Sequence record: NZ_CP013482.1
From: a plasmid
Strand: one strand, 5' to 3'
Length of the DNA stretch: 64,000 nucleotides
In this document: positions 1 to 9,290 of the stretch, piece by piece
Numbering within the stretch: position 1 is the first letter of the stretch
Layout of the letters: each line of letters starts with the position of its first letter
Notes under the pieces: generated by a model
The model's input: the letters and a program-made list of their open reading frames with translations, nothing else
What the model was told of the DNA's origin: nothing
Database searches by the model: none
Position numbers and translations under genes: made by a program

Positions 1-1203
1 CAAGCAACCAAGCGTAAACCCGAACGCCAACGGCTACCTCAACGAGAGTGGTAGCGCATCTATCAAACACCGATTCGTGAACGTTGGGACGTGGGTGTCC
101 GCTACTTTCAATCCAACGGCTACAACAGCTACGACAATGCTTACGGCCAACCTACCGACTTGAACTACGGTATTAGCAAGGTGCAGCAGGCATCCGTTTT
201 CGCCAACGGAAACGTAACCGACTGGTGGAAAACGCACGTTACGATCGCAGCCGGCAACGACCGTAGTATCCAGAAAACGAACGGCCTCTATAACGGCCGG
301 TTTGACACGGACAATAGGCAATACACATGGCAGAATGATTTCGCCATCGCCAGCGGCCAGAAGATCCTCGCGGGCTATGAACACCTCGACCAGAGCTTTG
401 ATTCTAGTGCCTATGCCGCCCCCTCCCGTCGCGTCGACTCAGGCTTTATCGGCTACAACGGGCGCTTTGGTGCTCATCAGTTTCAAGCTAACCTGCGGCG
501 CGACCAGTACTCCGATTTCGGCGGTGCAAGCAGCTATTACCTCGGGTACGGCTACGACATAACTGATAGCTGGAAGGTTCTTGCGAGCTATTCGGACGCC
601 TTCCGCGCGCCGACCTTCAACGACCTGTACTACCCCTACGGCGGCAACACCAACATTCGCCCAGAGACAAGTCACTCCGTCGAAGCTGGAGTGCAGTACG
701 CCACCGACGCGCTTGGCGTGATGCGTTTGACAGTGTTCCAAACTCGCTACTCGAATCTCATTCAGTATGCGTCAGACCTTGCGGGCAACTACACGGCACA
801 GAATGTGGGCACGGCCAAGGTGCAGGGCCTGGAAGGCTCTTGGAGTGGGCAGGTTTACAAGACCGACGTGCGCGCTTCTTTCACTTTCCAAAATCCTGTG
901 AACGAGGACACGCATACCGATCTGAGCCGCCGCGCACGGCACTTCGCGTCGTTCGCTGTCAACCGGAACATTGAGAGTGTGCGCGTGGGCGCTGAATGGA
1001 TTCTGAGCGGTGCGCGGCTCGATGGCACCAAGCACCTCGGCGGATACGGCCTAGTGAACCTGTCGGCCCGCTACAACATCACAAAGGCGTGGTACGTCGC
1101 CCTGCAAGTGCAGAATCTGCTGAACAAGGATTACGAGCTTGCCTACTCGTATGAAACGCCCAAACGCAGCGCTTTCATCACTCTCGGCTGGCAGCAATTC
1201 TGA
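1..1203 (+). CDS. btuB: 3' portion of the BtuB-like TonB-dependent receptor gene (duplicate of 60496..62349; the upstream frame differs because of the 1-bp indel at the window edge)
   Basis: Protein identical to the C-terminal 370 aa of the 617-aa ORF; C-terminal Phe, beta-barrel signature. Confidence 0.7.
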
Positions 1204-1205
1204 CG

Positions 1206-1250
1206 TCCCGAGTGCATATCGCCAGCCCCAGCGGCTGGCGATCCTCCTGA
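1206..1250. terminator. Inverted repeat (atcgccagc..gctggcgat) between convergent btuB and the resolvase; likely bidirectional terminator
   Basis: Stem-loop seen in sequence between convergent stops. Confidence 0.4.
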
Positions 1251-1268
1251 CGTAAATCAACAACGACG

Positions 1269-1979
1269 TTACTTCCCATTTTCCGAAACGCCGAACTCAG
1301 CGGCTTCGCCATCTCGCGTGCAGGAAGCCCAAATTCGCTTAACCTGGCTGATACTGCATCCCGCCATACGCGCTGTTTCAGCGATGGTGTGTCCAGCTTT
1401 CCTAAACGCGATAACGCGCTCGTTCACGGCAGTATTGGGCTTGCGCCCACGATACTTTCCAGCAGCTCGGGCAAGAGTTATGCCCTGCGCCTGGCGCTGC
1501 CGCCGGGTCTCATACTCGTCACGGGCCATCTGCAAAGCGAGCCGCATGAGCATTTGCTGCACCGACTCAAGGACAACCCGAGCAACGCCCTCCGATTTCT
1601 CGGACAACTCCGACAAATCGATCACACCAGGCACGGCCAACGTCGCTCCTTTGTCGCGTATCGATCCAATCAGGCGCTCGGCGTCGGGCAATGGAAGGCG
1701 ACTAATGCGATCAATTTTTTCCGCGATGACCACATCCCCCGGTTGCAGGTCAGCAATCATTCGCAGTAGCTCTGGTCTATCCACGCGGGCACCGGACGCT
1801 TTCTCACGGTACACACCTGCTACGTAGTACCCTGCCCTCCTCGCCTCGTCTACAAGCCCCTCTTGCCTCTCTATGTCCTGTTGCGCAGTGCTTACGCGCA
1901 AATAGATTCGGGCGACCTTGATAGCCGCCCGATCACGCTTGCGAGAAGCGGCGGTTTTGCTCGTCTGACGCGCGACCAC
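1269..1979 (-). CDS. Serine recombinase of the resolvase/invertase family (likely multimer resolution, analogous to RK2 ParA)
   Basis: N-terminal catalytic motif IYLRVSTAQQ; C-terminal HTH; sits in the cargo block between Tra1 and Tra2, as par does in RK2. Confidence 0.85.
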   Translation of the reverse strand: MVARQTSKTAASRKRDRAAIKVARIYLRVSTAQQDIERQEGLVDEARRAGYYVAGVYREKASGARVDRPELLRMIADLQPGDVVIAEKIDRISRLPLPDAERLIGSIRDKGATLAVPGVIDLSELSEKSEGVARVVLESVQQMLMRLALQMARDEYETRRQRQAQGITLARAAGKYRGRKPNTAVNERVIAFRKAGHTIAETARMAGCSISQVKRIWASCTRDGEAAEFGVSENGK

Positions 1980-1985
1980 CTCGCT

Positions 1986-2309
1986 TTATCCTTCCGGGGA
2001 GATCAAAAAGCGATCCCGCTTTTTACCAACTATCCAAGCGGGCGCTCGCCCGCGACCACTCCATGTGGCACCCGAAGCAGGGTCCCGGTACTTAGCCGCA
2101 AGCGGGCCGCTGCGCTTGCGGCGCGCCCCAAATAGATCCCGCTCGGTCAATTGGTACTCAACGATAAGGCGTCGAACATCGGCCACAACACTGCCTTTTT
2201 CCGCCGCCAGTGCTTTAGCCGCCTCGGCTTCTAATGCCTCAACGCGCTTGAGGGTCTCTGCTTCAATTGCCTCGATCTGTGCGCGAATCTCTGCATATTT
2301 CTTCGTCAT
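1986..2309 (-). CDS. H-NS family nucleoid-associated protein (plasmid-borne)
   Basis: Coiled-coil N-terminus; C-terminal DNA-binding motif TWSGRGRAPAW typical of H-NS. Confidence 0.8.
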   Translation of the reverse strand: MTKKYAEIRAQIEAIEAETLKRVEALEAEAAKALAAEKGSVVADVRRLIVEYQLTERDLFGARRKRSGPLAAKYRDPASGATWSGRGRAPAWIVGKKRDRFLISPEG

Positions 2310-2399
2310 GTTATCTCTGTGTCAGCTTTGGTTATTTTTGATTCCGCTTGCCGGTTTATCTGCCTTGGTGGAAGCAATATCGCCGATGCGATTCCGGAA

Positions 2400-2584
2400 A
2401 GTCTCTCGGTCATTTTGGGTATACCTAATTTAACCATACGAATTTTAGTAGCCCAAATATACAAGAGGCAACTCAAAAAAGCCATCTATTTTTGGACCAC
2501 CTAAAAGAGCCTATTTTTCACTTGCGTCATTAGCTCAGGTTAGCTAATATGAGTCATCAAACCAAGGTTAGCTAAGGAGGTGCC
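2400..2584. promoter_or_regulatory. AT-rich divergent promoter region between the hns-resolvase operon and phd-vapC. Two TTAGCTAA palindromic cores (ggttagctaatat / ggttagctaagga) lie just upstream of phd
   Basis: AT-rich stretch; repeated 8-bp palindrome; SD aaggagg 7 nt before the phd ATG. Confidence 0.45.
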
Positions 2585-2821
2585 ATGCAAACCGTCAACA
2601 TCCACGACGCCAAATCGCAATTGTCGAAGCTCATCGAGCGCGCCAAGAGTGGCGAGGACGTTGTTATCGCCAAGGCGGGGGAGCCGGTCGCCCGTCTCGT
2701 CGCCTTCGTCCCGGCCAAGCCGGAACGCCGCTTCGGTGGCCTCAAGGGTAAGATCCGTATCGCTTCGGATTTCGACGACGCCTTGCCGGCCGATGTGCTT
2801 GCCGCGTTTGAGGGACAGTGA
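2585..2821 (+). CDS. phd: Type II antitoxin of the Phd/YefM family
   Basis: MQTVNIHDAKSQLSKLIERAKSGEDVVIAKAGEPVARLV, a classic Phd/YefM N-terminus; overlaps the downstream PIN gene by 4 bp. Confidence 0.8.
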   Translation: MQTVNIHDAKSQLSKLIERAKSGEDVVIAKAGEPVARLVAFVPAKPERRFGGLKGKIRIASDFDDALPADVLAAFEGQ

Positions 2822-3199
2822 TGCGCTTGCTTCTCGACACGCACGTTTTTCTGTGGGCTGTCACAGACGACCCGAAACTGAGCCTTGCTTCGCGTGAGGT
2901 TATTCAGTTGGCTGATGAGGTCTACGTAAGCGCCGCGAGCATTTGGGAGATTTCTATTAAGGCCGGTCTCGGCAAGATCGACGTCGATCCGACCGCCCTT
3001 ACGGCGGAGATACGCGCGGCTGGCTTTTTGGGAGTTGCCGATCACTACGGCGCATGCCGCCAAGGTATGCACACTGCCCGACATTCATCGTGACCCGTTC
3101 GACCGGCTGCTGGTCGCGCAAGCGATGTGTGAGCCGCTACAGCTATTCACAGCAGATGCCAATGTCTTGAAGTACACAGACTTGGCCTGGCGCGTGTAA
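2818..3199 (+). pseudogene. vapC: VapC (PIN-domain) toxin gene with a +1 frameshift in the GGG run at 3030-3032. Frame 1 ends at 3093; frame 2 continues ELPITTAHAAKVCTLPDIHRDPFDRLLVAQA to 3199
   Basis: N-terminal PIN motif LLLDTHVFLW; the locus length of 382 nt is not a multiple of 3; removing one G restores GFLELPIT..HRDPFDRLL. Confidence 0.6.
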
Positions 3200-3222
3200 T
3201 TCGATGAACATAGGAGCAACAA

Positions 3223-3468
3223 ATGGAATTTCTTGTGAATCCGCTCGTGTGGGGTATCTCAACAGTCGCAATGGCCGTCTCTGGTCTCACCATGTTTTAC
3301 GCCAGCATGGCGGGAATCCCGCTGAACCAACGGGTCTATTGGGTCGTGTTGTTGGCAAGCATGCTCGTTGCGGCCATCAACTCCGTGAGCAGCGTTTCAG
3401 GCATGGTGTGCAGCAGTTTCATACCTCCGTTCGGTTGCTCCGGCGGCGTCTTCTTTCCAAAATCCTAA
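3223..3468 (+). CDS. Small membrane protein (2 predicted TM), unknown function
   Basis: ORF with hydrophobic segments. Confidence 0.4.
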   Translation: MEFLVNPLVWGISTVAMAVSGLTMFYASMAGIPLNQRVYWVVLLASMLVAAINSVSSVSGMVCSSFIPPFGCSGGVFFPKS

Positions 3469-3480
3469 TCAGGGTCACTC

Positions 3481-3720
3481 ATGGCATTTCCGAAACGCAT
3501 CATCGCTCTGCTCGCCATCTCCGTGGTGTGCGTCATCGCTGTACTGATGGTAACGCGTCATGAGTCCAGCAGCGCTGTTGCAACGAGCGCTGCGAACATC
3601 GACGCTTGCGACAGGGACGCACAGCGCGCAGCGGGCTTGTCCGACGCCGCGCAACGCGAGCTGGCCGACAAGTGCTTCCGCTCAGGCTCTTTCACCAAGA
3701 GTGAGAAGCGAGAGTGGTAA
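3481..3720 (+). CDS. Small N-terminally anchored or secreted protein, unknown
   Basis: ORF, N-terminal hydrophobic helix. Confidence 0.4.
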   Translation: MAFPKRIIALLAISVVCVIAVLMVTRHESSSAVATSAANIDACDRDAQRAAGLSDAAQRELADKCFRSGSFTKSEKREW

Positions 3721-4046
3721 TGCCCATCATCACGAGCCGGCCACTCACGGCAAAGGAAGAGAAGACTCTTGCTGTACTCCAGGGCGCGCTTGTTGGATTT
3801 GTCGCGAACGGCTCGATTGCGCTGGTGTCGCCGGTTGACTTCGCTCAGATCATGCACAAACCGTCTGTGAACGAGATTCGGCAAGCCATCAATAGCCTGA
3901 TGAGCGTGACGTGGACGCCACACGACCGGCCCGGAAACCAGCGGCCGATAATCATGGCCTACGGTTCTCGAGACGGCGTGAATGCGTTCCTGGTGGAGTT
4001 CAACAGAGCCTACGTCGACGCCTTGAATAGCGAACCAATCCACTAG
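3714..4046 (+). CDS. Hypothetical protein (110 aa)
   Basis: ORF overlapping the upstream gene stop (translational coupling). Confidence 0.4.
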   Translation: MVMPIITSRPLTAKEEKTLAVLQGALVGFVANGSIALVSPVDFAQIMHKPSVNEIRQAINSLMSVTWTPHDRPGNQRPIIMAYGSRDGVNAFLVEFNRAYVDALNSEPIH

Positions 4047-4156
4047 CCGTACTAGCAAACTAGACGGGGCCGTAATGTACGTGACACCTCAGATTGTCAC
4101 CCTGAAAAACTGAATCTCCGCGCCGGCCGGCCGCCGACAACCAGCAATCACTAACT

Positions 4157-4789
4157 TTGAACCTTATGCCCGCGCAATTCCGTGTGATTCTCGACGCCTA
4201 TTCCCTTCAGAAATTTCACGTTGACCAAACCGAGTATCAAAAGCGGTTGGTTGCTGTTTTGCCGGACTTTGAGCTGTCGTTCAGCGTCGGAACAACAGGC
4301 GGCGACACGATCGCGATTCGTGATGGAATACAACTAGTCGAAGCGACAAACGCGGACAAGACTCAGCAGACCCAGTTTTTTCAAGCGGCCAAAAAGGTAT
4401 GGGCGGATCTCATGCGAGCGACGAAGACGTATCCGGTCAACGCCCGGGAACGCAACTTCCGCGTGACCGTCATTTCGACAATCAACGGGTACACCGCATC
4501 CGTTGTTGAGCGCATCGCTAGTCAGGAGCAGCCGGTTGCTCTCAACGTCCCGCTCCACGCGAGTATCAATCCGGGTTCGTTCTATCAGCACCGTCACTGG
4601 TTTCTGAAGATGCTCCTTGAGTTCGTAGATAGCGAGCTGATGGCGTGGGCTGTGACGAAATGCGACGGAGAAGCCGGCCCTGGCAAACATAACGCTCACA
4701 TTCTCGCAAATCTGCTCGGATGGCCTGAAGGGTATCCGGACGCCTGCGGTGACGATCTTTCGCGCCTTCAGGTGCCGCGATTGGACTGA
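4157..4789 (+). CDS. Hypothetical protein (210 aa)
   Basis: ORF only. Confidence 0.45.
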   Translation: MNLMPAQFRVILDAYSLQKFHVDQTEYQKRLVAVLPDFELSFSVGTTGGDTIAIRDGIQLVEATNADKTQQTQFFQAAKKVWADLMRATKTYPVNARERNFRVTVISTINGYTASVVERIASQEQPVALNVPLHASINPGSFYQHRHWFLKMLLEFVDSELMAWAVTKCDGEAGPGKHNAHILANLLGWPEGYPDACGDDLSRLQVPRLD

Positions 4790-5358
4790 AATACCTGATC
4801 GACTCGATTTTCGTCCGGCCGAGGTGTTTCGAGTGTGCTGGCAGTTGAGGCGAACAATCCCGATCGAGCGGCGTCGGGATTCGCAATGGTGCCGAAGGAT
4901 GCAGCCTTAACTGCGTTCTCGGCCAGCAGCAATACTTGCTCAACTGCGCCGATCAATTGAGCCGGGTTCGGCGTCACGAACCCATTTAGACCTTGCGGAT
5001 ACCGACCACGATACGGCCAGTCGTGGAGCGTATTCAGCAGCACACACCAATCCGGGGGCGACGTGGGAGCGACAAGCGCCAACTTGGCTGCTGCGCCCCA
5101 CAACGCACTGAGATCGTGCCCAAATGGCTTCTTGCTCAACTTCGAGGCAGGTATCTTCGCGGACCAGAGCAGCGCCTTCAACGCCCCCTCAAGTGCCTGG
5201 GCAGCGAGCAGCGCACCGGGTAGATGAGTTTCCACGGTGCTCGCCTCTAATGCCTTCGCCCCCTGCCAAAGCTGTTTGGCGGTCACCAAGAAACTCTCGC
5301 CGTCCGAGGGCCGCCGGAAGGCAACAGGCGGTGTGACCATCATTACGTGTCCATTCAT
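4768..5358 (-). CDS. Hypothetical protein, possibly a HEPN-like alpha-helical domain (KPFGHDLSALW)
   Basis: ORF; weak motif resemblance only. Confidence 0.4.
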   Translation of the reverse strand: MNGHVMMVTPPVAFRRPSDGESFLVTAKQLWQGAKALEASTVETHLPGALLAAQALEGALKALLWSAKIPASKLSKKPFGHDLSALWGAAAKLALVAPTSPPDWCVLLNTLHDWPYRGRYPQGLNGFVTPNPAQLIGAVEQVLLLAENAVKAASFGTIANPDAARSGLFASTASTLETPRPDENRVDQVFQSNRGT

Positions 5359-5382
5359 CTCGGGCAGCTCACTTTTTCCTTG

Positions 5383-5883
5383 TCACTTTACACAACGCAA
5401 CGCAGCAACCGGGGCAGGCGCGTCACCCGCTTTGTTGCGAAGATCCGGATAGCGCGCCTCAATCGTCGTTGCGTTTCCGGTTGGTGGGTTGTGTGCCGTT
5501 CCATTGATGCAAACTGCGGCACGACCGGTTTCATCGAAACCCATGTGGACCGCCGCGCTTTCGGGTACAGCGCCGATGCCGCTAACATAAACCGTCTGCT
5601 GTCCGGCGACCGTCTTCAATGTGGACCAAACTGTAGTTACCGTGTAGGCCACAGTCGATATTGCGAGCACCGCCGTCAACGCAATCATCACCGCTTGCTG
5701 ACGCCCTTGTGCCTTACCATCCTTCTCTGCTTGGCTAAGAATTTTGTCCAGGCGGTGTGAGAGTCCATTCATCGCCTCGTTCGTTCGATGCTGCATGATG
5801 CGCTGATACTTCTGCCCCTCCCCTGGCGCAACGAAATCAGCGTTCAGAATTGTGTCGAGATGAATGTCCTTCCAGTGGGTCAT
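5383..5883 (-). CDS. Membrane-anchored hypothetical protein (cytoplasmic N-terminus, one TM, Thr/Val-rich C-terminus)
   Basis: ORF and hydropathy. Confidence 0.45.
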   Translation of the reverse strand: MTHWKDIHLDTILNADFVAPGEGQKYQRIMQHRTNEAMNGLSHRLDKILSQAEKDGKAQGRQQAVMIALTAVLAISTVAYTVTTVWSTLKTVAGQQTVYVSGIGAVPESAAVHMGFDETGRAAVCINGTAHNPPTGNATTIEARYPDLRNKAGDAPAPVAALRCVK

Positions 5884-5898
5884 TATGTTTTCCAGTTG

Positions 5899-6231
5899 CT
5901 AAAGTGAACTGATGCGCGCCGGGTCTGTACCTACAGACCGGATGGCGAGCCATACTTGCAAGCGCTCTTCCGGTTCAGCCACTGGATGGGCGAGATCAAT
6001 CCCGAAGGGCTTCACAATAGCGAACACCCCGGGCGCAATGTTGTACAGTCGGTCGACTCGCCGCTCGGCTCCTATGACCTCGCGAATTCTCTGGAAAAGG
6101 CGCTGCCTCTCCCATCGGACTGGGGACCTAGCCCTAAACGGCAAACCCGATAGGTGCGCTAGGGCAGCGTCTATGTCTGATTCGGATACCACCATCGCCT
6201 GCGGTGATCTCCAGAGGGTTGCGAGACTCAT
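5899..6231 (-). CDS. Hypothetical protein (110 aa)
   Basis: ORF. Confidence 0.4.
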   Translation of the reverse strand: MSLATLWRSPQAMVVSESDIDAALAHLSGLPFRARSPVRWERQRLFQRIREVIGAERRVDRLYNIAPGVFAIVKPFGIDLAHPVAEPEERLQVWLAIRSVGTDPARISSL

Positions 6232-6252
6232 ATCGCCTTTTCCGCGGTTTTC

Positions 6253-6594
6253 CTAAAGCGCTGACGGTCGCAGATAGACCTTGTCACTGCTTCGATACTT
6301 CCGAAGGAATTCGGCCAAGAATGACCTCACCGCATCGTAGTCGTCGAGAAATGCCATGACCTCTGGATCGCTCTCATCGTCTTCAGGAAGGTCATGATTA
6401 ACGAAGTACTGCAAGGCCATCTGCCACTTGACGTCCTCCTCCTCCGTGATTTGGTAGTTCGCTTCCAACCACTTGTACTCGTCTGACGTGCCGTCTAATC
6501 CCGGTTCTCCCCAGACGCGCTCCATCTCGCCGATGACGGAATAGAACATCGAAGTTTCAATTCCGTCGTCGTCTTCATCTACGGGCGTGGTCAT
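6253..6594 (-). CDS. Highly acidic small protein (113 aa, D/E-rich)
   Basis: ORF; composition. Confidence 0.45.
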   Translation of the reverse strand: MTTPVDEDDDGIETSMFYSVIGEMERVWGEPGLDGTSDEYKWLEANYQITEEEDVKWQMALQYFVNHDLPEDDESDPEVMAFLDDYDAVRSFLAEFLRKYRSSDKVYLRPSAL

Positions 6595-6602
6595 GATTCT
6601 TC

Positions 6603-6878
6603 CTATTTGACGTCAGCTTTGCGATCGCGAAACTGCTTTGCGATTTCCCGCGCGCGCTCCGCGCCTTTCTTCGACGCCTCCGCGAGTTTCCCGTTTTCTG
6701 CCGACATGCGTCCTGCCGTCGCTCCGCCTCGCATTTTTGCTTCGAGGGGTTGTAGTGCCCCGATTTCGGCTGCTCCGCCGACAGTCATCCATGCCAACTG
6801 GTGCTCCTTATTGACGAAGACTCTCTGTCCCTTCACAGGCTCACCGCATCCACATTTGCAGTTCCGCATCACGGCCAC
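6603..6878 (-). CDS. Small protein with an N-terminal Cys cluster (CKCGCGEP) and a C-terminal KGG-type stress-protein-like repeat
   Basis: ORF; motifs. Confidence 0.45.
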   Translation of the reverse strand: MAVMRNCKCGCGEPVKGQRVFVNKEHQLAWMTVGGAAEIGALQPLEAKMRGGATAGRMSAENGKLAEASKKGAERAREIAKQFRDRKADVK

Positions 6879-6884
6879 TCCCGT

Positions 6885-7106
6885 CTAGTTGTTCGGATGT
6901 CCAACATAGCAACCAGCAAGCACGAACAGTGCCGTGAACTCATGCTGACAAGACTCGCACACGTACTCCTGGTGAACCGTCTTGGTGCCGATCGCGCAAG
7001 CACCCATCGTCACCTCTGTTGATTCGCAGGATGGGCACAGCGTCGTGCTGGACGCGATGACTCGGTCCTTCCATTCGTCAGTTCCAAGCATCCTGCTCTC
7101 CTGCAA
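6885..7106 (-). CDS. Four-Cys zinc-ribbon protein (CPSC..CESC), 73 aa
   Basis: ORF; CxxC..CxxC. Confidence 0.45.
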   Translation of the reverse strand: MQESRMLGTDEWKDRVIASSTTLCPSCESTEVTMGACAIGTKTVHQEYVCESCQHEFTALFVLAGCYVGHPNN

Positions 7107-7215
7107 ATTTCATGGCAATCTTTCCGTTGTCAGCGGAGCCAGCCCTAATGCCGCATGGCTTCCTCGGGATCTGGATGTCCTTGTAGGTCGCCATAGCGGG
7201 CTTGTGCTTTCTGGC

Positions 7216-7713
7216 CTAAGTCACGATGAACGTGGTAGCGTTGGCAACCCGGCTTCTGAGCATCTTGTTCCACAGCTCGCGCCGACGGTGCTCATGGATT
7301 TCGCCCCAAGGCACCAGCTCGATCCCGGCCATTTCGTAGTCCCCGCGAGCGCGCATCGCGGCGTAGTTCTCCGCGCTCGTAACGATGTGGACGGACTCGC
7401 ACTCAATCACAGTTCGCACGAACTCGTCAGGGTCCTGTCGCTGCTCCCGTCGATGTCGATCAACAAGCGCCGTGAGTGTCGTCTGAATTCTCTTGTGGTG
7501 CTCTAGTCGCAGGTCGCCGCTTTGACTCGCGATTGCCTCCATTGAAACTAGCCCAGAAAACTGCCTCACTCGACGTTTTACACTCTCGGCCATCACGTGC
7601 GTGTACCACGCTCTCGCTCGACTGGCCGTCACATTAGGGCGGCCTGACAGCCACATTACCTCTTCGTAAATCGAAGTGAGGGCGCGAAGATCGTCTAAGT
7701 GTCGGTCGTTCAT
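7216..7713 (-). CDS. Hypothetical protein (165 aa)
   Basis: ORF. Confidence 0.4.
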   Translation of the reverse strand: MNDRHLDDLRALTSIYEEVMWLSGRPNVTASRARAWYTHVMAESVKRRVRQFSGLVSMEAIASQSGDLRLEHHKRIQTTLTALVDRHRREQRQDPDEFVRTVIECESVHIVTSAENYAAMRARGDYEMAGIELVPWGEIHEHRRRELWNKMLRSRVANATTFIVT

Positions 7714-7722
7714 TTTCCGTGG

Positions 7723-8289
7723 TTATCGCCGCATGCGGTCGTTCGGATTGGGATACCGTTGCAACACCTCCAACCCCGTTAGCGCGCATGGGTCGATTGT
7801 GTACTCTTCCTCGCCAAGCCATCTACTGTGTTTCCCAGGGCCGGAAATAATTGCCATTGCGTCAACATTCGCACTGAGTAGAACGCCACCGCCGGAGTAG
7901 TAAGCGTTCAGACCACTTCCGAACATTTCTGCGGTACGACGCTGCGACGACCAACAGAGGCCAATCCTCCCGGCATTGAAGCGCTCGGTGCTCTCGCCAC
8001 GATACAGCGTCAACGACGGGCCTTCGTAGCGTGGTAACACGGCCAGCAGCAGCCGAACCAAGAGCTTGTCGTCGCCGATTTCTTCGCGAATGCGACCTCC
8101 GTACGTCACCCAACTGGTGAGGCAATTCTCGCGGTGCTGCCCGTTGGAGGAGCATTCGTCGGCGACTCGCTGAAGGGCGTCTACCCAGCTCAGGCCATTC
8201 GCCTTAGCCTCCTCTCGACTGGGCATATGGTGACCGCCAGAGAGAAACGATGACGTCAAAGAAGCAATGCACATTTGCGAGTAAACCAA
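7723..8289 (-). CDS. Hypothetical protein (188 aa); weak R-S-E ADP-ribosyltransferase-like pattern (LYRGES..LLSANV..GEEEYTIDP)
   Basis: ORF; motif resemblance only. Confidence 0.4.
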   Translation of the reverse strand: MVYSQMCIASLTSSFLSGGHHMPSREEAKANGLSWVDALQRVADECSSNGQHRENCLTSWVTYGGRIREEIGDDKLLVRLLLAVLPRYEGPSLTLYRGESTERFNAGRIGLCWSSQRRTAEMFGSGLNAYYSGGGVLLSANVDAMAIISGPGKHSRWLGEEEYTIDPCALTGLEVLQRYPNPNDRMRR

Positions 8290-8297
8290 CCTTTTTC

Positions 8298-8555
8298 CTA
8301 GTGGCTCACGGCCGGATAGACGAAATCTTCGTCGGGCGTAAATTCGTACCGGGCAGGATCGCTCTCGAACATCACGTAGCCCTCGACACCCTTCTCGCGG
8401 AGCACCTTCACTGCGCGTCGGGCGTTCGCGACCTCAAATTCGTGAAGCCTGCCCGTGTCGGCAGGGCGACCGCCGCTCGACGCTCCCTCGCCACTGATCA
8501 GGAGCGTCATTTCTGCGCCCGAACCGGCCTTGCGTCCAAAAATCTGGCTTTTCAT
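8298..8555 (-). CDS. Hypothetical small protein (85 aa)
   Basis: ORF. Confidence 0.35.
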   Translation of the reverse strand: MKSQIFGRKAGSGAEMTLLISGEGASSGGRPADTGRLHEFEVANARRAVKVLREKGVEGYVMFESDPARYEFTPDEDFVYPAVSH

Positions 8556-8673
8556 CGAGTTTTCCTACACGCCCAACGATCGGCAATCCGCGCACTGCTT
8601 TTGCAGATGCCAGCAGGCTCAAACGAACCTGGGTGGCGAGCCGGGAACAAACGCTCTCGGCCAAAAAGGTGTT

Positions 8674-8991
8674 TCAGATGTTGTTCTCGCAGAAGCCTGC
8701 GAGCGGCACGGGAGACGCGAGTGTTGAAATGATCGTGTACCCCGGATAAGTCTGCTTTGCGGTTCGTGAGAACGTCGCAACCGCTTCATCCTCGTCCGTG
8801 GCCGCGATAATCCCGTGAACAGGCTTAATTACGTCCGTCGAGCCGTCCTTGCGCATGACTGCGGAGACCATGAATCGAGTCGGTTGGTTGACATGCCAGC
8901 CTGCGCGGCCGCCCGGCGCTGCGGATGCATAGCCCTGCGACGAAAGGATGGCTGCGAGCAGGATGATCCTCAGCATGGCCGCCTGTCTCAC
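8674..8991 (-). CDS. Small secreted/periplasmic protein (Sec signal peptide)
   Basis: N-terminal signal-like MRQAAMLRIILLAAILSSQGYASAAP; overlaps the upstream gene by 4 bp. Confidence 0.45.
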   Translation of the reverse strand: MRQAAMLRIILLAAILSSQGYASAAPGGRAGWHVNQPTRFMVSAVMRKDGSTDVIKPVHGIIAATDEDEAVATFSRTAKQTYPGYTIISTLASPVPLAGFCENNI

Positions 8992-9284
8992 AGTTCCGGA
9001 TTGGCAAGGAATGCCGCCGTTTCGAGCGTGCTTGCGGCATGCTCCCGGCCCGAAAGTGCAACAGCCACGTGAAACAGGGCGACGGCACGGTTGTTGCTGT
9101 CGAGCATCCCCGATGCCGCCCGGATGAGTGCAATACCCTTCACCACCGCTTTCGCTTGCTCCGACGATCCGGAGCTACCGAGACGCTCCACCATCGATTC
9201 CATCGATTCGATTTCCGAGCCAAATTCCATATCACCCTCGCCGTAAGAGCGGCACATGAGCCGCGCAATGTTCAATGAATACAT
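8988..9284 (-). CDS. Hypothetical protein (98 aa)
   Basis: ORF. Confidence 0.4.
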   Translation of the reverse strand: MYSLNIARLMCRSYGEGDMEFGSEIESMESMVERLGSSGSSEQAKAVVKGIALIRAASGMLDSNNRAVALFHVAVALSGREHAASTLETAAFLANPEL

Positions 9285-9290
9285 TGTAGA

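Larger units (their letters stand above)
1..2854. repeat. Terminal redundancy: copy of 61146..64000 with one 1-bp indel near 84-86 vs 61231-61233. Consistent with a circular replicon of ~61,146 bp read past its origin
   Basis: Direct comparison of window start and end. ORF tracks at 1269..1979 and 62415..63125 have identical proteins, offset 61146. Confidence 0.85.

Noticed and set aside
1269-1979. Resolvase considered as part of a Tn3-family transposon
   Set aside because: No transposase ORF or terminal inverted repeats nearby; the context (between Tra1 and Tra2, next to a TA pair) matches a plasmid multimer-resolution/stability locus.
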